From contig CM030333.1 in NCBI GenBank assembly GCA_017654855.1, positions 3,286,001-3,350,000 on the forward strand: a DNA stretch of 64,000 nucleotides, given 5' to 3'. Every line of letters starts with the position of its first letter. The stretch's first letter is position 1. A program made the translations under genes and the position numbers. This document shows positions 1 to 14,241 of the stretch, piece by piece. This DNA is from Podospora anserina. Lineage: Eukaryota. Under the pieces are notes generated by a model. The model was not told the origin of the DNA. It made no database searches and was given only the letters and a program-made list of their open reading frames with translations.

Positions 1-1158
1 TGCGTTCCTTGTTGGCTACAACTTTGTTGATGGAGTCGATGGAGCCGTTTTGCATTTTTTGCAGTTACATCCAGATTGCGTGCTTTATCTCTCTGTCTCC
101 ATTGCCAGTTCTCCACTTGTTTGTCATGTTCAAGAAGAGGTTATCGTGAGAGACACTGTAGCGACGGTCTGTTAAGCGCGGCTTTGTGCTCAAACCGGGT
201 AAGCCACCTCGATTCACTCACCGAGACATTAACTTCGAGAAGGTCTGCAACGGTAGGTTGGCAAGGACTAGAACGCGGGTTGTAACCAGCTGGCAGTAGT
301 GATGTGATAGAGATACATTAGACTTGACGGGGGCAGGGGAAAGGGAGGGGGAACGTCGATCGATTGAGGATGTACCTCTGAAGTATTCTTCTGGTGAGGT
401 GGTAGATCTGATGTAACATGGGATACCCCGAATGTTTTGCTTACCCACCCGAGGAGGGGGTCAGCAAGCTGTGTGGATTGTGGGAGGGAGGAGAGGGAGA
501 GTCCCGTCCGAGGCACAGACGAACCTGACACTTTCCAGGAAAGAACATATGCCGAGCTGAGACTGTGGGCGTCTCTGAAGGGCTACCCGAGATGGGGACA
601 CACTCGCTCACACGGACAGTCATCCAGCTGAGAGAAGTGTGCATTGCCTACTGAGATGAGCATCTAATGCGGATATGGCACATGACACCTCGCGTACAGC
701 ATGTATGAAGGCTCCTCACAAGACTCCATGTCCGTGCCATAGAGCTCTTCATAGGTAGTTGAACATTTGTCACCAGTGTTTTGCATGTGCTTATAGTTGG
801 AAGAGTGTTGTGAATGTTTTGCAATGTTTTTGTAAAAGTTTCAACAATTGTATCTGATAAAACATGTACCCATAGCTTCCTCCTCTTCCCCCCCGCCATC
901 AAGAACCTGCTCTTGTTCCCAAAACCCTGACAGGTAAAGGTATAACCACGGTAGCTAAATAAGTAGGTATATATAAAAAGTAAACCAAAAAAATGATATA
1001 ATAAACAAAGAGATGTCGGTATGTGTGTTGTGTGTCTGTGTGTGTGTAATGTGCAGGTCACCATCATTGATGTACCTCACTCACTGTTGCCATAAATCCA
1101 GGGCAACTAGGTAGGTACCCCCCCTTTCATATCATATCCGTCCCAATCCATATCAACA

Positions 1159-3954
1159 TCAAAACATAATCCACTCCACCTCCTGATTTCCCCCAATACA
1201 CTTGATCCAATTAAACGGCCCGCCCCTCTGCTGCTGCCCCGCCGTGCCCGGCCTCATCCTGTTGTACTCATCCTTGACTTGCACCCCCTCCCCAGCCCAG
1301 AGCCGCTCAAGCACTTCCAACGCGGCAAGGTTGTTCATGTACCCGCTCCGGTTCATAATCTCCCTGCACTTGGACCGGACAATATTCTGCTGCAGCTCAT
1401 TGACGCACTCGCTTCCCGCAACAAAAAGCGGCCAGAGCAGAAACTTCTCCGCGGAGGAACCCGCTTCGAGGCTGGTGGCGTAGTAGACCACCTGAGAAAC
1501 CAAGTTGCGGAAGTTGTTGTGGGTGGAGGGGGAGTGAGGGCTGGCAAGACGCTCGGTGTACAAGAGCGCGGCATACCGGAAGGCTTCGGAGAGGGAGTTG
1601 AGATCCCGGATCTGAGTCGCGGTCGGGGGTGGGGTGGTGCCATTGACACCAGCGCCAACTCCCATTCCTACTCCTGGGGATGTGGGAGAGGAAGAGAGGG
1701 ATGGAAGCGGGAGCGGCGGGCCGGTGAGCGAGGCCCGGACGCGGTTGGAGTCGAATTCCCAGGTTTGGAGGGCGATGCGGGCCTCTTTCCACTCGCGCCA
1801 GAAGGCGCTGCGGTGGTCATCGTAGGCGGAGGAGGGTGATTGCATCGAGTTGGCGCCGAGATGGTCATTGTCGTCGAGGGTGGAGCCAAACCCGTTGCCG
1901 TCGAAGCGGACGCTGCTGTTGATGGGGTGGGGAAGGCCGCCAAAGAGGCTGTGGTGGTGGTCGGGGCCGCTGAGGAGGGGAGATGACTTGAATGGCGCAC
2001 CGAGCGGGGAGACGGCACGCGAGGTATCATTTGCCCGGGGGAGTGGCGAGGAGGCGAGGAGGTTCTGGACTGGCCGCTGCTGAGAAAGCAAGTTAAGTCG
2101 GCCAAGTTTGATAATGGTCCTGAAGAGCTCGCGGTCGCAGCCGACGAGGTTCTCAGCTCCGGGTGGGAGGAGCTGTGCATCAGGGAGAACACCGTAAAAG
2201 CTCGTGTTGAGCTGGGCTTCTCTGTCGTTAACACTGGCGGAGATGGCATCAAAGTATGTGAAGAGCGCCTCCATCCAGGCCGAGTCTCTTGATGGTGGGT
2301 AAGGAGACATCCGGCGCATGCCCAGAATCTTCTTGACTCCGGCAAACTGTGTGTGAAACTTGGCAACCCCTGACTCGGCCATTCTGTAGTGGCAGAGCAA
2401 CAAGATGGTGGCCAAAACGGAGTCCTGTGTTGACTTTTCCGCGTCGTTGAGCTGCTCGTCAAGTAACCGTACTGCCAAGTTTCTGTGTTGGTATTCTTCA
2501 GTCAATGACTGATCTTGCCCATCCGAGGGGCTCTCCACGGGACTCTTCTCTCTCATGTCGAAACTGTGTTGACCGAGACTGAGTTTGCGCTTCATCCTGA
2601 GGTTGCAGGCGGCCAGCGCGCAGATGGCGTGCTGCAAGCTCCGGCTGCTGTTGGCAAGGCCAAGAATATGCTCTCGGAAGGGATTGTTGGGGCCATCGAT
2701 AAACACCATGCTAGGGCACATGGACTTCTCGTAGTAGTCGATGAAGAATGGCATCTTAGTGGCGAGATCTGGGCTCATCTGCAAGACGGGTGATGGTGAC
2801 TGTGAAGGATATGAGTTCGCCCAGGGGGCTTGGGTCCTTTCATTGACGCTGCAGGAGAGCGAATCCTCATCCGCGTTCGAGGGGGCCCAGAAAGAGCCGT
2901 GGTGAGACTGGACACTGCTTCCGTACGTGTCCAAGTCAGGCGTGCCAGGAGCTTTTGCGTCTTGAGGTCAGCGTATGTGATACGGTTGTTGTGGGTAACG
3001 AAACTCACCCATGACGTCGCATTCATGTGGGAGCTTGCGACTGAGCTGGGCTTCCAAGGACTCTACATGAGACATGTGAGATTGAAGACTCGAAGCGGGT
3101 TCTGATGGACCATATACGAGGCTGGGGCAAGAGGTTGGTGCCCGGGGCTGCTCAATCATGATGCCACCTGTTGGGCTCTGTGGAACGGGCGACCCGTGAT
3201 TGTGGAATCCGTCGTAGACAATAGGGCTGTGGATGTATTGCGGCACGTCGTCTCTCGGAAACGAGTGAGCAATGGGAGACATGTAGTCAACCTCGCTCAT
3301 GGTGTCCAGGGGAGTGTGGATCATTTCCCGGTGCATCATCATGTCACCAGGAGTCGACACAGGAATGTGAAGACTGCGTGGTGGAGGAAACCTCGGACCA
3401 TCTACTGGGGGCATGCTGGACGAGAAGGGAATGTGAGTCCATCCCGGCGGCGCGGATTCGGTAGGAGACATGTGCGACATGTCGTAAGGGTGGTGGTGAA
3501 AAGGAGGTATCGTGATAGAGGGGCTCCGCCCGTGGCCCATTTCCAGGTCGCCGCGAACTGCCCGCTCATCCTGCTCGGTTGGCCACTGACCGTTCGAAGT
3601 GATGGAGGTCGTCCGAGAGCGTGTCGTGGTCGTTGGTGACTTGATGCTGGAAAGGCTCGTCTTGGCTTGGTTGACTGGTGGTGCCTTTGCAATGGGCAGC
3701 GACAACCCGCGAAGCTTGCCCCGACTGGCCACGCCAACACCCCATGTGAGCTGCGTCTTGTAGCCAGAGCACTCGTTACCAATCTCCAAGCACTGCGAGC
3801 AATACGGTCTCCTCCGATCACACTTCACATTCCGCTTGGCGCAAGTAAAGCAGTCGTCTGCGGCCCCGCCGGCGGGGGCTCTTCTTCTGCGCTTCCTGGC
3901 CGAGGCAGCATCCTTCGCTGCTCCTGTCGACGGCGTGTTGATTGGTGCAGTCAT
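1159..3954 (-). CDS. Zn2Cys6 (GAL4-type) transcription factor with C-terminal fungal TF domain; 2 exons (3954-3009, ~2951-1159)
   Basis: CFTC..C..RRRPYCSQC..C cluster followed by LTWGVGVASRGKLRG; C-terminal LLWPLFVAGSEC motif. Donor GTGAGT at 3008, branch GCTGAC 2972-2967, AAG acceptor at 2952; splicing joins the two large ORFs in frame (M-A-P-G-T-P-D-L-D-T-Y). Confidence 0.9.
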
Positions 3955-6900
3955 GATATCTGATGATGATGGTGGTTGTAGTGGTGTTGATCCGTTCAAA
4001 GTTTCCACCGCTGGTTAAAGTAATAAGTCTCGATGTAGTTGCTGGTAAGGCCAATTCCGAATTCCCGGGAAGTCTCGTGCAGATCCGCACAGCAGGGCAA
4101 CCGACAGAAGGCCTTGTGAAGAGGCAAGTGTTATTGAACACAAGGTGTGGCCCTCGAGAGACAGCGGATGCTGGCTGGAGTGGGTGAACGGGTATTAATA
4201 TGGCAAGACTCGGGGCACATAGCACGCTGCGTGGGAGAGACACTGGAGCCTGTGTATGTCTCGCAGCCGAGAGGGAGGTTGAACCTGGAAGCTGGGAATG
4301 GTCGAGATGAGATGGGATGAAGTGGGATGGGATGGGATGAGAAATGAATCAGATTGGGAAAGAGGGCAACATATGAGAGCAAGGCAAGGCCGCGAGCCGT
4401 GTGTGTGGTAGGGTGTTCTGTTTTATTAAACAGCAGCTCCCAAGCACCTCAGCACTTCCACCGAGGCACCAAGCAGCAAGAAAGAGACACACGGTCTGCA
4501 TGCAGCCCCATCCCATGCCCGGCAACCTGACCCCCCCCTCCCCTCCCCTCCGCCTACCCCTACCACCCTCCCCCCAGTCCCCCCGTGCAGCGCGCCAACG
4601 CCCCCTTCTCACAGGTACCACCCAAGTACCTCCGTACCGACCAGGGCCCAAGGGAGGATCGGTCGGAGGAGCGGACGAGGTTCTGGAGTGGGTGCAACGG
4701 CCGCGAGCTGGGGGCGGCGACGAGTTACAACAGGTGACGGGCGGGAGTTGGAGTCTGGTCAGTGGAGAGGGCCAAGGAAGGCCCCATTGCGTCCCACATT
4801 CTCTCTTTCACCTGTCCACCATATCCATCCACTCGTCCATGATAGACCCCAGTCGGATACTCAGGTGAGACAGTGATGATTTTCGGAATAAAAAGACGGT
4901 TAAGATGGGTTGTTGGGCTGCCATTGGAGGGGGGAGAGCATCGAGGATTGAGAGTGAGATGGGCGAGTTAGCCTGAGGGATTATGGCCAGTGAAGTGTAA
5001 TTATTCCGACTGAAAGGGAGACCGAACCCAGATCCCAAAGGCTTCAGAATTGGCCGACCGGCAAGAGCTGAAGAAGTTTCGGAGATACCGCAAATGCTCC
5101 GTGCCCTGACGGTCTGTTTCGAGCTCTATCTCTCTCTGGAGTCTCTCTGTCACCGCTCTCTCGTTACAAGAGTTGTGAAATTCATGGCGTTTGGGGCGCT
5201 AAAGAATCCCTTGGTCAACCGAAGAGCTTGTGTTTGGCGACTGCGACGTACACAACAGATTCAAGAGTGCTGTCGCTGTCACTGCGAATGCGAGAATTTG
5301 GAGCGAGGTTGGCGTTAACAGGTCCCCTGTAGAGATATCCCAGCGCCAGCGGGGCAGCGCGGGGGTTTGTGGCTGACCCTGTTGTCCCGTCCGTTTACAC
5401 ATGTAGTGCCCCGCCATCTGCCACAGTTTTCACTGATATCTTGAACTTTCAGCAACTTGAACCGGATCAACCTAGTTCGTACTTACCAACACTTCACATT
5501 CGGCGCTTTTACTTTCTTACAGCTGGCCGGACGACATCTCTTGTTATCACAAACGCTAACACGAAGCATGAGGCTCCATAAAATCAAAATCACGGCAAAA
5601 CAGGCCTCTCAATGCCAGGAGGTCCCGCTCTGGCTGGACTGACCCCCATCTGACAACGGCGTCGTCCGCTTTGAGCAAAACCGCCTGCCAGTCGGTTATC
5701 ATCAGATTGCGACCCTGTGCCGGTACCTATTGCGAGCCAGGCCCGTATTCCACATCAACAAGCGACCGTCCCGTATCTGAGACCGCATTGACGACGCTAC
5801 CCGACCCGAGGACGCCAAAGGGAAGATGCAATATACATTTGATAGTCCCTCGTCAGCCTCAAGCCCACGAAGCAGCCACTATATCGACAGCCATGTGAGA
5901 CATCCTCCTCTCGCAATGCAACAAGCAATAGCAGCAAGCACACGATGTATTCCATTGAAGCTATTGCGCAGGAGTGGGGGTCCTTTCAACATGCGTTGGG
6001 TTTCCCCATCACCGAGCTAGTGACAGCATTTAATATATTCGGCCAGTCATTGTCTGGTTACTGGGTTCAGCAAACACTGACGACATGCAGCACCAGTCGT
6101 GGTCTCTGCCTTCTTCAGGAATCTCGTGAGACCTTCCTGGTCTCGGTGGGAGGGTACTTCATTACAGGACATCAGAAACGACTAAAATAGTCTGATAAGG
6201 AAACATGTTTTCTGCAGATGGTGTTGCCAACTTGTCATGTCATGTCATGGTCAGAACAAGACCATTATGCTGCATGATGCTGATCACGACCAGCTTGCTC
6301 AGGCACGCCCAGCGCCCAAGACGAATCAGCCACCGCCGAAAGCCTTCTGTGCAGGCTTCTAGAGACCTTCCACACTAGGCCTCAGAGATGCTAGTGGTGG
6401 AGGCTCCCTTATCAGCACACTTGCTGTCGGCCATGCCCGAATAATCCCCCGAGCAGTTCATATCAACAGGCGGGCAGCAATATCTCGGATGGTGGGCCTT
6501 GAAAACCACACCGAGGCTTTGAGGTTTATTATTAACGACATAAGGCGAAACATGATCGCCAAGGGTAAGGGTTCGTGGGTTCTGAGCCGAGAAACGGAGT
6601 TCATCAGAGCCGCCCTCACGCCCTGTCGTCCAGGGGTCAATAACGGAGACCAGACCAGGGCGAAACTGACGCCAGAAGCCACAATGCACGACATCGTCTC
6701 GATGACGAGATTCGCTTGTGACTTCTTGATGGAGCTGTTGGCAGTCTGAGCTCGAGGTATTTTTCGCTCGTCGAGGACACGGTCTCATGGACCCTTCGCG
6801 CAGTTTTCCCCTTCGCAGTTGGTACCTTTGCCACATACAAGTTCTCACTCATCATGGAAGACGACATATACGTACGTTGCCTTGATTCGCTGCGCCAAGC

Positions 6901-9900
6901 ACCGCACACGGCTCGCCGCTGACGAAGGAAAGACACGCATCTTACAGGCCCAAGATGAGCAACACTGGATCTTTCCAGACCCGGACAACACTTCCGTCGA
7001 CACCACAATAGAGAATAAGCAAGGTCGGCAAGTCAGAGGCCACGGCACGGCCTTGACAGCGCTTCCGTTCTCGCCAAGGAAAGGGGTTCGGGAGGGGTTG
7101 TCAGGGGATCAGCTTTTAAACGACCACACTCGAGATGGACCTCATACAAACTCGTTTGTGGTGTATCGAGCAAGTGGTTCATGCGCTAGCTTGGGGACTA
7201 GGTCAGTCGTTACACCCTGTACCCTGACCTCTCTAACTATCCCCTCTTTTCGTTGTCAACCCAACTCGGATATCTGGCATGTGAGCTCGCTACACCTTGA
7301 ACTTGGCACTATTCCTATCCGTGTGGTCATCGTCAATAACTCGTCGACATGCAGCGATATCATCAGAGCCAGGTCATTGCGCTCCGTTGAAGCGGTCCAG
7401 ACCAGCGCCACAGCAAGGGCCTGAAGTAAACCTCAAACCCCTCATCAACACAGCGCACACGGCGATATTTGGTGGGGGTCACGTTCGAGTGGTCGCCGAC
7501 TTCCACTGCATGCAAGAGCCACCAGAAAACAAGTCGTTGACTGACAACAAGACACTCCAACCTGCGGATGCAGCCGGACGAAAACGGCGTCCTTCTCAAC
7601 GTTCGCTCGAGGCTCGCGAGGCTCTTGTTCGGACACTAAAAGACGGTAGCGTCTTGTCCACCGCCAGACCAAGCAACGACAAGTCACGCGCTGGCAAAGC
7701 AGCCAAGCGGTAGCAAGAGACGGCGATACAGCCACCTGCATTTGGCTGCCAGCGCTAGAAGCCAGAAAGAAACATGCATCGAAGCTTCATCTCGTCACAA
7801 CTTGCGCCCCACAATTCCCTTATCCCCCCATCCTTTCTCGTTGCGAAAATGCCATTGCGTTTGTGGACGAAACGGCGGCTTCTGAACCTGCAATTTGGGC
7901 AGAAACGTCTTGGCTATCGGCGCGCTGGACGGCTACACACTTTAGTACCTTACGCTATACTTGCCTGTTTCTCGTTGCTCGTCTTCACATGCTGATCACC
8001 AGATTCCGTTCTCTGGTCCTGTTCGTGATTGTCGATCCCAAGCACCAGCAAGGCGGAAGCGATTAATAGCATCGTGGCATCTCCCGCCGGGCTGGCAGAT
8101 CGACACTGCGAGGTGTTTCTCAGCTGAGGTGCAAGCAGCGGGTGATAGGCTGAAGCCTTGTGTGAGAGGTGTCGCGAAACTGGATCAACCTCAAGAGAGG
8201 GTTCACCAATCACCATTCACCAAATGCAGGCTCTTTGTGAGATGTCGAGGGCAGACGGGATTGACCGCCATAATTGGAGTTCCCCTCACTTGTCTGGCCT
8301 TGCGAGCTACACCGCTTCAGGGCAATGACCGAGGCCCTTGCTGCACGACTGATTGGTCTGTCGGGTTGGGAGCAACTGGGCGGCGGCGGCGGGTTTTGAG
8401 TGCAGTGAGAGGGTGAGAGACGGGAGTCGGGCATCCGGATCTCAGAGTTGTGGTGAACCAAGAGATGTGGCTGAGAAAACGGCCCTTTTCTTCCCACGGT
8501 CGGCTTGCGGCCCTGGCGGCTTGGCCCTGGCGGACCGGCACTCTTGGGGCAGCACACGTCTTTACGTAGCCTCGGCAGTCTGGCGTCACTCAGCTGCGGT
8601 TGTTTGCTGACAAGCACAAAGCTGAAGACAGTCAAAGCCTCCGAGGCGCCGCTTTGTCGCCTTACTTTTGATATTATATACTCTGATATAGGCAGAATGT
8701 TTGACGTTGTTCGGAGATTTGTGCTGGGCAGGAAAACTGAGGGAAACAATACCGACGAGACGGACCTACTCGGCGTCACGCTTTCCATAAATTTGTCAGC
8801 CTGTCTGTCAGCTCGGGGACCGTTCCACATATTAACTGGCAGGTTCGTTGAAGCCATCTAAGAGAAAGGTCCTACCCTGCTGGGGGAATCCTTCCTGAGA
8901 TATGCCAACATCTGGTTCAGCAGCTGTCAGTTTGACGCAGGGCATCGCGATCTCTCTCTTATTCATCAGCAGCAAATTATCTTTAAGCTTTTTGTTTCTT
9001 TTCTCTTGCAGCACACTCCGACCGTTTGAAAAGCACACCCACTGTTCTGCGCTGCGGATGGAACGTTGCAATCTTTTGCGCTATTCCCTGATGGGTTAAG
9101 CGTCGATTGCTTGGTTAAGCGGAGCTGGGACTAGGGCTGGTTTTCTTTTCCCCCGCGGCTTGGCCTTGTTTTGTCTAAACCCTTTCCGTCACCGAGACAC
9201 ACGATTTCGGTTTCTCTCTCCACCAGAGAGAAAAAAGTATCGAGATGTACCTCGGGCATGTCACTCTGTTTCCTTTGGTTGTTGGCTAGTGAGTGGTGTT
9301 AGTCAGTTTTTACGAAAGCGAGACGCCGTTGGGAAAACTAAATTGGCGCCGGGCTACGATGATAGAATGACGAGATGGGGAGGCTGATTTGGCTATCTGA
9401 TGAAAGTGCCATCTTTTTCGTTGTCCATGACTCGGGCTTGAGGAAAGCCCAATCTGTTCCTAACGTCAGAGGAGGGTAACGGGAAAGCCACAACGGGAGC
9501 CCCCCACTGCATAGTTCACGCGCGTTGTCGCCACAGGCACCACCTAGAGAGAACCAGCGTTCATCCCGTCCCTGCGTTGCGTGCGCTGCTGTTGGTGTCA
9601 TATCCATACATAGAACAGAGCTGGGACGACTCTGTACACTCCTATAATTCGTCCAAGCCCCTGGGGTTATCGCCGATGATCGTTTGCCACGATGAGGAAT
9701 ATCTCCGTTTTTTTCTTTTGGTTGGGTGGTGTGTGTAATAGGTACCTACCCTCCGAATGTGCGAGTCTTCTCCTATCATTGCTCCCCTCATCATTCTGGA
9801 GAAGAGGTGAGGGGAGAGTAGCATCTCGAAGGGAAAAAAAGCGGATATACGCGGGGCAAAAAAGTCCGGAGAGGGCAGTGATGTTCAAAAGTACCCGGGG

Positions 9901-10660
9901 GGGCGGAACGATTTGCGCGTTTGTCTCTGATGAGGAGGGTTGGGGATTTGGGGCGGCGACTAGGGACAATGGGGCCCAGTGAGAATGTCTCTCCTTACTT
10001 TGCTTGGCCTTCTGTTACCTAGTTTGTTCGGATCGAACCTAATCCGATTTGGGGTACATGTCTAGAGACACATTGAGGTTGGAGACTTGACCGAATCGAG
10101 GGGTAAGGTAGATGCGGTCGGAGACGGACGGAGGAATGGTTGGAGAGAGGTTTGTAGGGGTTGTGAGGGGAGGCATCACGAGATGTAAGTTGCGATGGGG
10201 ACGTAGGACCCTGGTGTTGACGAGTGCTTGGACGTTGAGGTCATCATCATTAGTCAAAAGTTCTTCAGGGGACAGCAGGTCAGTACTATACTTCTGCCTT
10301 CGGCTGTCTACCGCCTTCCGGTGACCGCGCGGTCGGAACTTTGTTCTCTGGCTACCAACGGACGGGATGGGTACTGGCGAGCCCATTCCCTTCTGCTTGG
10401 GGCCGCCGGTAGCTAAGTAAGATCGGTATGCAGTCACGTTTTCTTTTTTCTGAAAATAGCATCACTAGCCCTACAGAGGTTGGGCCATCGTGTGCGTGTC
10501 CTACACGAGCCGTTATGATGCCGGCACGAGGCGGTATTTCGTGTTTGTTTGATGGATGGTAATGAGGCAGGCGCGGTGAGGCAGGGTCAGTTAATATCAG
10601 CCCGTGTGATTCTCTTTTTGCTTGTTCTGTCGGGGGTTTTTTATTTTCTTATCCTATCAC

Positions 10661-10705
10661 TCTTCTTCTTCTTCTTCTTCTTCTTCTTCTTCTTCTTCTT
10701 CTTCT
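10661..10705. repeat. (TCT)15 microsatellite
   Basis: Perfect TCT run read directly. Confidence 0.95.
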
Positions 10706-13700
10706 ACGCAATGTTCTACTGCCTTCCTTTCTTGATCTCGACACACAATTGGGCCCAACCACCAGGATAGAGAGTGGGGGGAGGGGGGCATATGTTGAGA
10801 TGGGGTGGTGTTGGGAACGTGACTACCTTGCCAGTCTGCCGTGACGGAATCCGACAGGACGAATGCACAAGAGGGAAAAATAAATGAAGTGAGAAGAATC
10901 AAGAGGTGGAATGGGTGAGCGGGAAGTGGAGGAGAGGAGGCACTGCCCAGCGGTTTATATTACTCGTGCATGAGGAGTCTTGGAGGGATGACACTCTGCC
11001 TTGGGAGGCCTGGGTGACCTTGCCTTTCTCACTGCGCGCACGGCGGCTGTCATGGGCTTGGGCTTGGGGGGTGATGCTGTCGATGACTTTCCTTGAAGAG
11101 GATGGTCAACCTTGGGTTTGGCACTATACAGTACATGGCCATGTGTTGGTCTGCTGAGTTCCGAGCACTTCCGAGCGAAGGGATGCGAAGGGATCATAAT
11201 CACAGCAACAAGTGTGCTGTGATTGTACAATGGTGGTGGGAAACTCATCTATTCCAGCTTATGTCTGCTATTCCTTCCCAGGTTTTTTCTTCTGCTTTGT
11301 TGGGCAATATATCTCTTTCCTGCGTCGCTGTGTTGCTTTCCGACTGGACAAGACATGTCACGGACGGGACTTGCCACACGTGGGACTTTTATATTAAAGA
11401 GCAAAAGGAGCTGCTGGTTTGGGATAGCTTTCTCATGTCTTGGTTGCTGTCTTTACCTGGTTTCCTTCTTGATGTTGGCAAGGGTCTGTTCCCAAAGAGA
11501 AAGGTGGCATTGTGTTTGATGCTTCTTTTCTGTTGTTCTGTTGCTTTTCGGGGAGGAAGAGTGTTGCTTCTATCACGCACCGCGCATGCAGCGGAAGCAT
11601 AGAGGAGGGTTCTAATAATATGTTCATGTATCGGCTCGGTATTGCTTGTGGATCAAGGACCCTTGATGGCATCATGACGAAGAGATCATGCCGCGATTGG
11701 CGAGTGCCCAGAAGAAATGCCCAGGAGAACAACCCGGGTACTTGGGACTGTGGATTATCACAAGGAAACCGTTTTGATGACGTTTCCTGATGCATGTATG
11801 GAGCTTGTTACATTAATCTTGATGGCTCAGCGTGATAGGCGGTCACGAGCGTTTTTGTAGATAACGTAGATTAAAGAAGACTTGTTGAGTAAGATGCTAG
11901 AAGTAAGATGTGATAAGCCCATTTCGTGGGTCGGTTTGCTCATCGGAGCGGTCGTGCTCTAACCATTAGTCTGGAAGTATAGGGGCTGTCAGGGGCCTCA
12001 GGGGGGGTTGATGACCTGACGGACTTCATGTCAACAAAGATGGGTTTATCAACACGTAGGGTAGATAAACAAAGACAGTACTTTCTCTGCTTCGGTTCCA
12101 AATGAACTAGTGCTACTCTAGCGTTCAAATGCTATATTAAATAGCTGGAGAGTCTCTTACAGAAGAGGTCTATTTGACACTTTTTTTAGTCAATTTTGCG
12201 GTGCCTCGTGTTGTGGTCTCTTGTCGGTCTAACAGTGAAACGGTACCATGATAGGCTTTGGCCCACATTCATTAGCATCTCGCAAGAATGAGATACTGCC
12301 ATTGCATTCTCGATGATGGTATGAATCCCAGCTTGGAGATCTGTCGGTGATAGAAAATGGCTACCGAGGAATGCTGTCCACTCACATGGTACAGCATGAG
12401 GTATTCGTAAAGTTTGTTTGCCTTCACGCTTCAATAGGTATGAAATGGTTCTTAACAATGGTACGTGTACAGCAAGGAAGTATTACTGCTCACTAGAGAT
12501 TCGCCAGTGTTGACAAAGTCAGTCCGAGTACGAGAAGGCAAAACTGACAGGTCAAAGACCAAAACTGTTGAATCACAAATTGCAGTTATTTACTGGTTGT
12601 ACTCGAACGGCTTTTCACCGCAGGTACCACAACATGGAGGCGGTGATAAACCGACGTCAAAAGCCTCTTTGACTTTTGACTGGAGCGCGCTCTGTGTCTC
12701 AACAAGGCATTAGATGTCTAAGCACGAAAAGCAATATCTTTCAGCCACCGAATGTGAGCTGTCCTTGGCCACGAAATGCCCTGTTTTCCCATCCCCACAC
12801 ATGATTCCCATGATATTTATGCACAACAGTCTCAAGCCACTGTAGTACAAATACCGAGGTATGGCAAGATATCCTGCACGGTTTTCTCCGAGTTGAACTT
12901 TGTGCGACTCTCGGTCTGACTTCTTGATCCATGAAGCCTGATATTGAAGACGATCAACAAGTCCCTAGTTGTATCTCTTCAAGTATCAAAGCCCCCCTAA
13001 CACAGTGATGCTCGCCTACCGCCCACGCGGCTTGGAGCATCACGGTCTAAGAATGTTGCACAACATCAGAGTCAGCTAACGCCTCACATCTCACACTTCA
13101 CACATAACTTTCGGTGTTTTCAAGCCGAGCTGAGATATACCTAGGTAGCCAAGTGATCAACATGAGAGTTGAGTTTTGAAGAACTGTCAAGGATCTCAGA
13201 TCCGGAGGCAAAGGTGGCGTAAGGGTCTGAATCATGATTGTGTCTAATGATAGATACATGTCTCTGTTGTCTTGGTCTCGTCAATATTCGGGTACATCCG
13301 GGATTATGATGCCGACCAGAGTCAAAGTTCTGATGTTGGACAACATCGATGGTGTTATACTTCGGGGGTCTTCATGTGAAGTGGTTCTTGACCCGCTGAG
13401 ACAACAGCACACCAGATAGATGACCTCAAGGCTGTCTCGGCTCTTTAGTTCCGAACGTCTTGTGTATCATCAATACTCTGGGGCGATATTGATGTGGAGA
13501 TGAATGCGAGCCTTCTTGTTTGGCGACAATGGTGGGCATGTGACTGGTGTATGCGTCTGGCTGGACAAAGACAGTTCTTCTCTCCATGAGCTTCAATCAA
13601 AAGAAGTAACCCACAGGCTTTATGCTGGCAAATAGCCCGTAGAAAATGAAGTCTTGGTCTCTGAGATACTTGGTACGGTAATGCCTGGCTTTTGGGTTGA

Positions 13701-14241
13701 GGGTTTTTGAACCTTTAAGACAAGGCTTTCCGGAGTGAATTTTCCTTTGCGGCGTTGAGAATGGACCAAGAAGTTGTCATGATGGGAGCCAATAATTTTA
13801 TACAGGTATGGATAGGGAAAAACTGCCCTCATAACTGATGTTTAGCGATGATCTACACACATACAGAACTGATATTCAAGGGGTGTGGTCAGAGGCCAAC
13901 CCTAACCCAGCTATCTTGACCATCAACTTACAGCCAAGGCAGTGAGGCCGGAGTACGGATTGCTGGATTCTGTACATCCTTTCCCCTTGTTTCCATTCCT
14001 CTTTCAACTCAATTGACTCATATATAATCTAACCATAACAATGCCAGCAAGAGCAAACCTTCGCATCCCTTCCCGCACTCTCTTTCACCAACCAAGAGTG
14101 ACGTCATACCTCTCATCTCACCCCCTATCCCCTATCGCCGACAAGCCTCACCACCAACGACTTCACAATCGCCTTTCACTTCGACTTCATATACCCTCCT
14201 CCTCCTTCCACACATATTCAACTCTAGCAACCCCTCTCACC

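Noticed and set aside
6489-6749. 86-aa ATG ORF (and a 132-aa ORF at 10039-10437, minus strand) in the gene-free region
   Set aside because: No recognizable similarity or splice support; cannot be distinguished from random ORFs without expression data.
11800-13900. Slightly AT-richer block suspected to be a RIP-mutated transposon
   Set aside because: No terminal repeats, target duplication or transposase/RT remnants seen.
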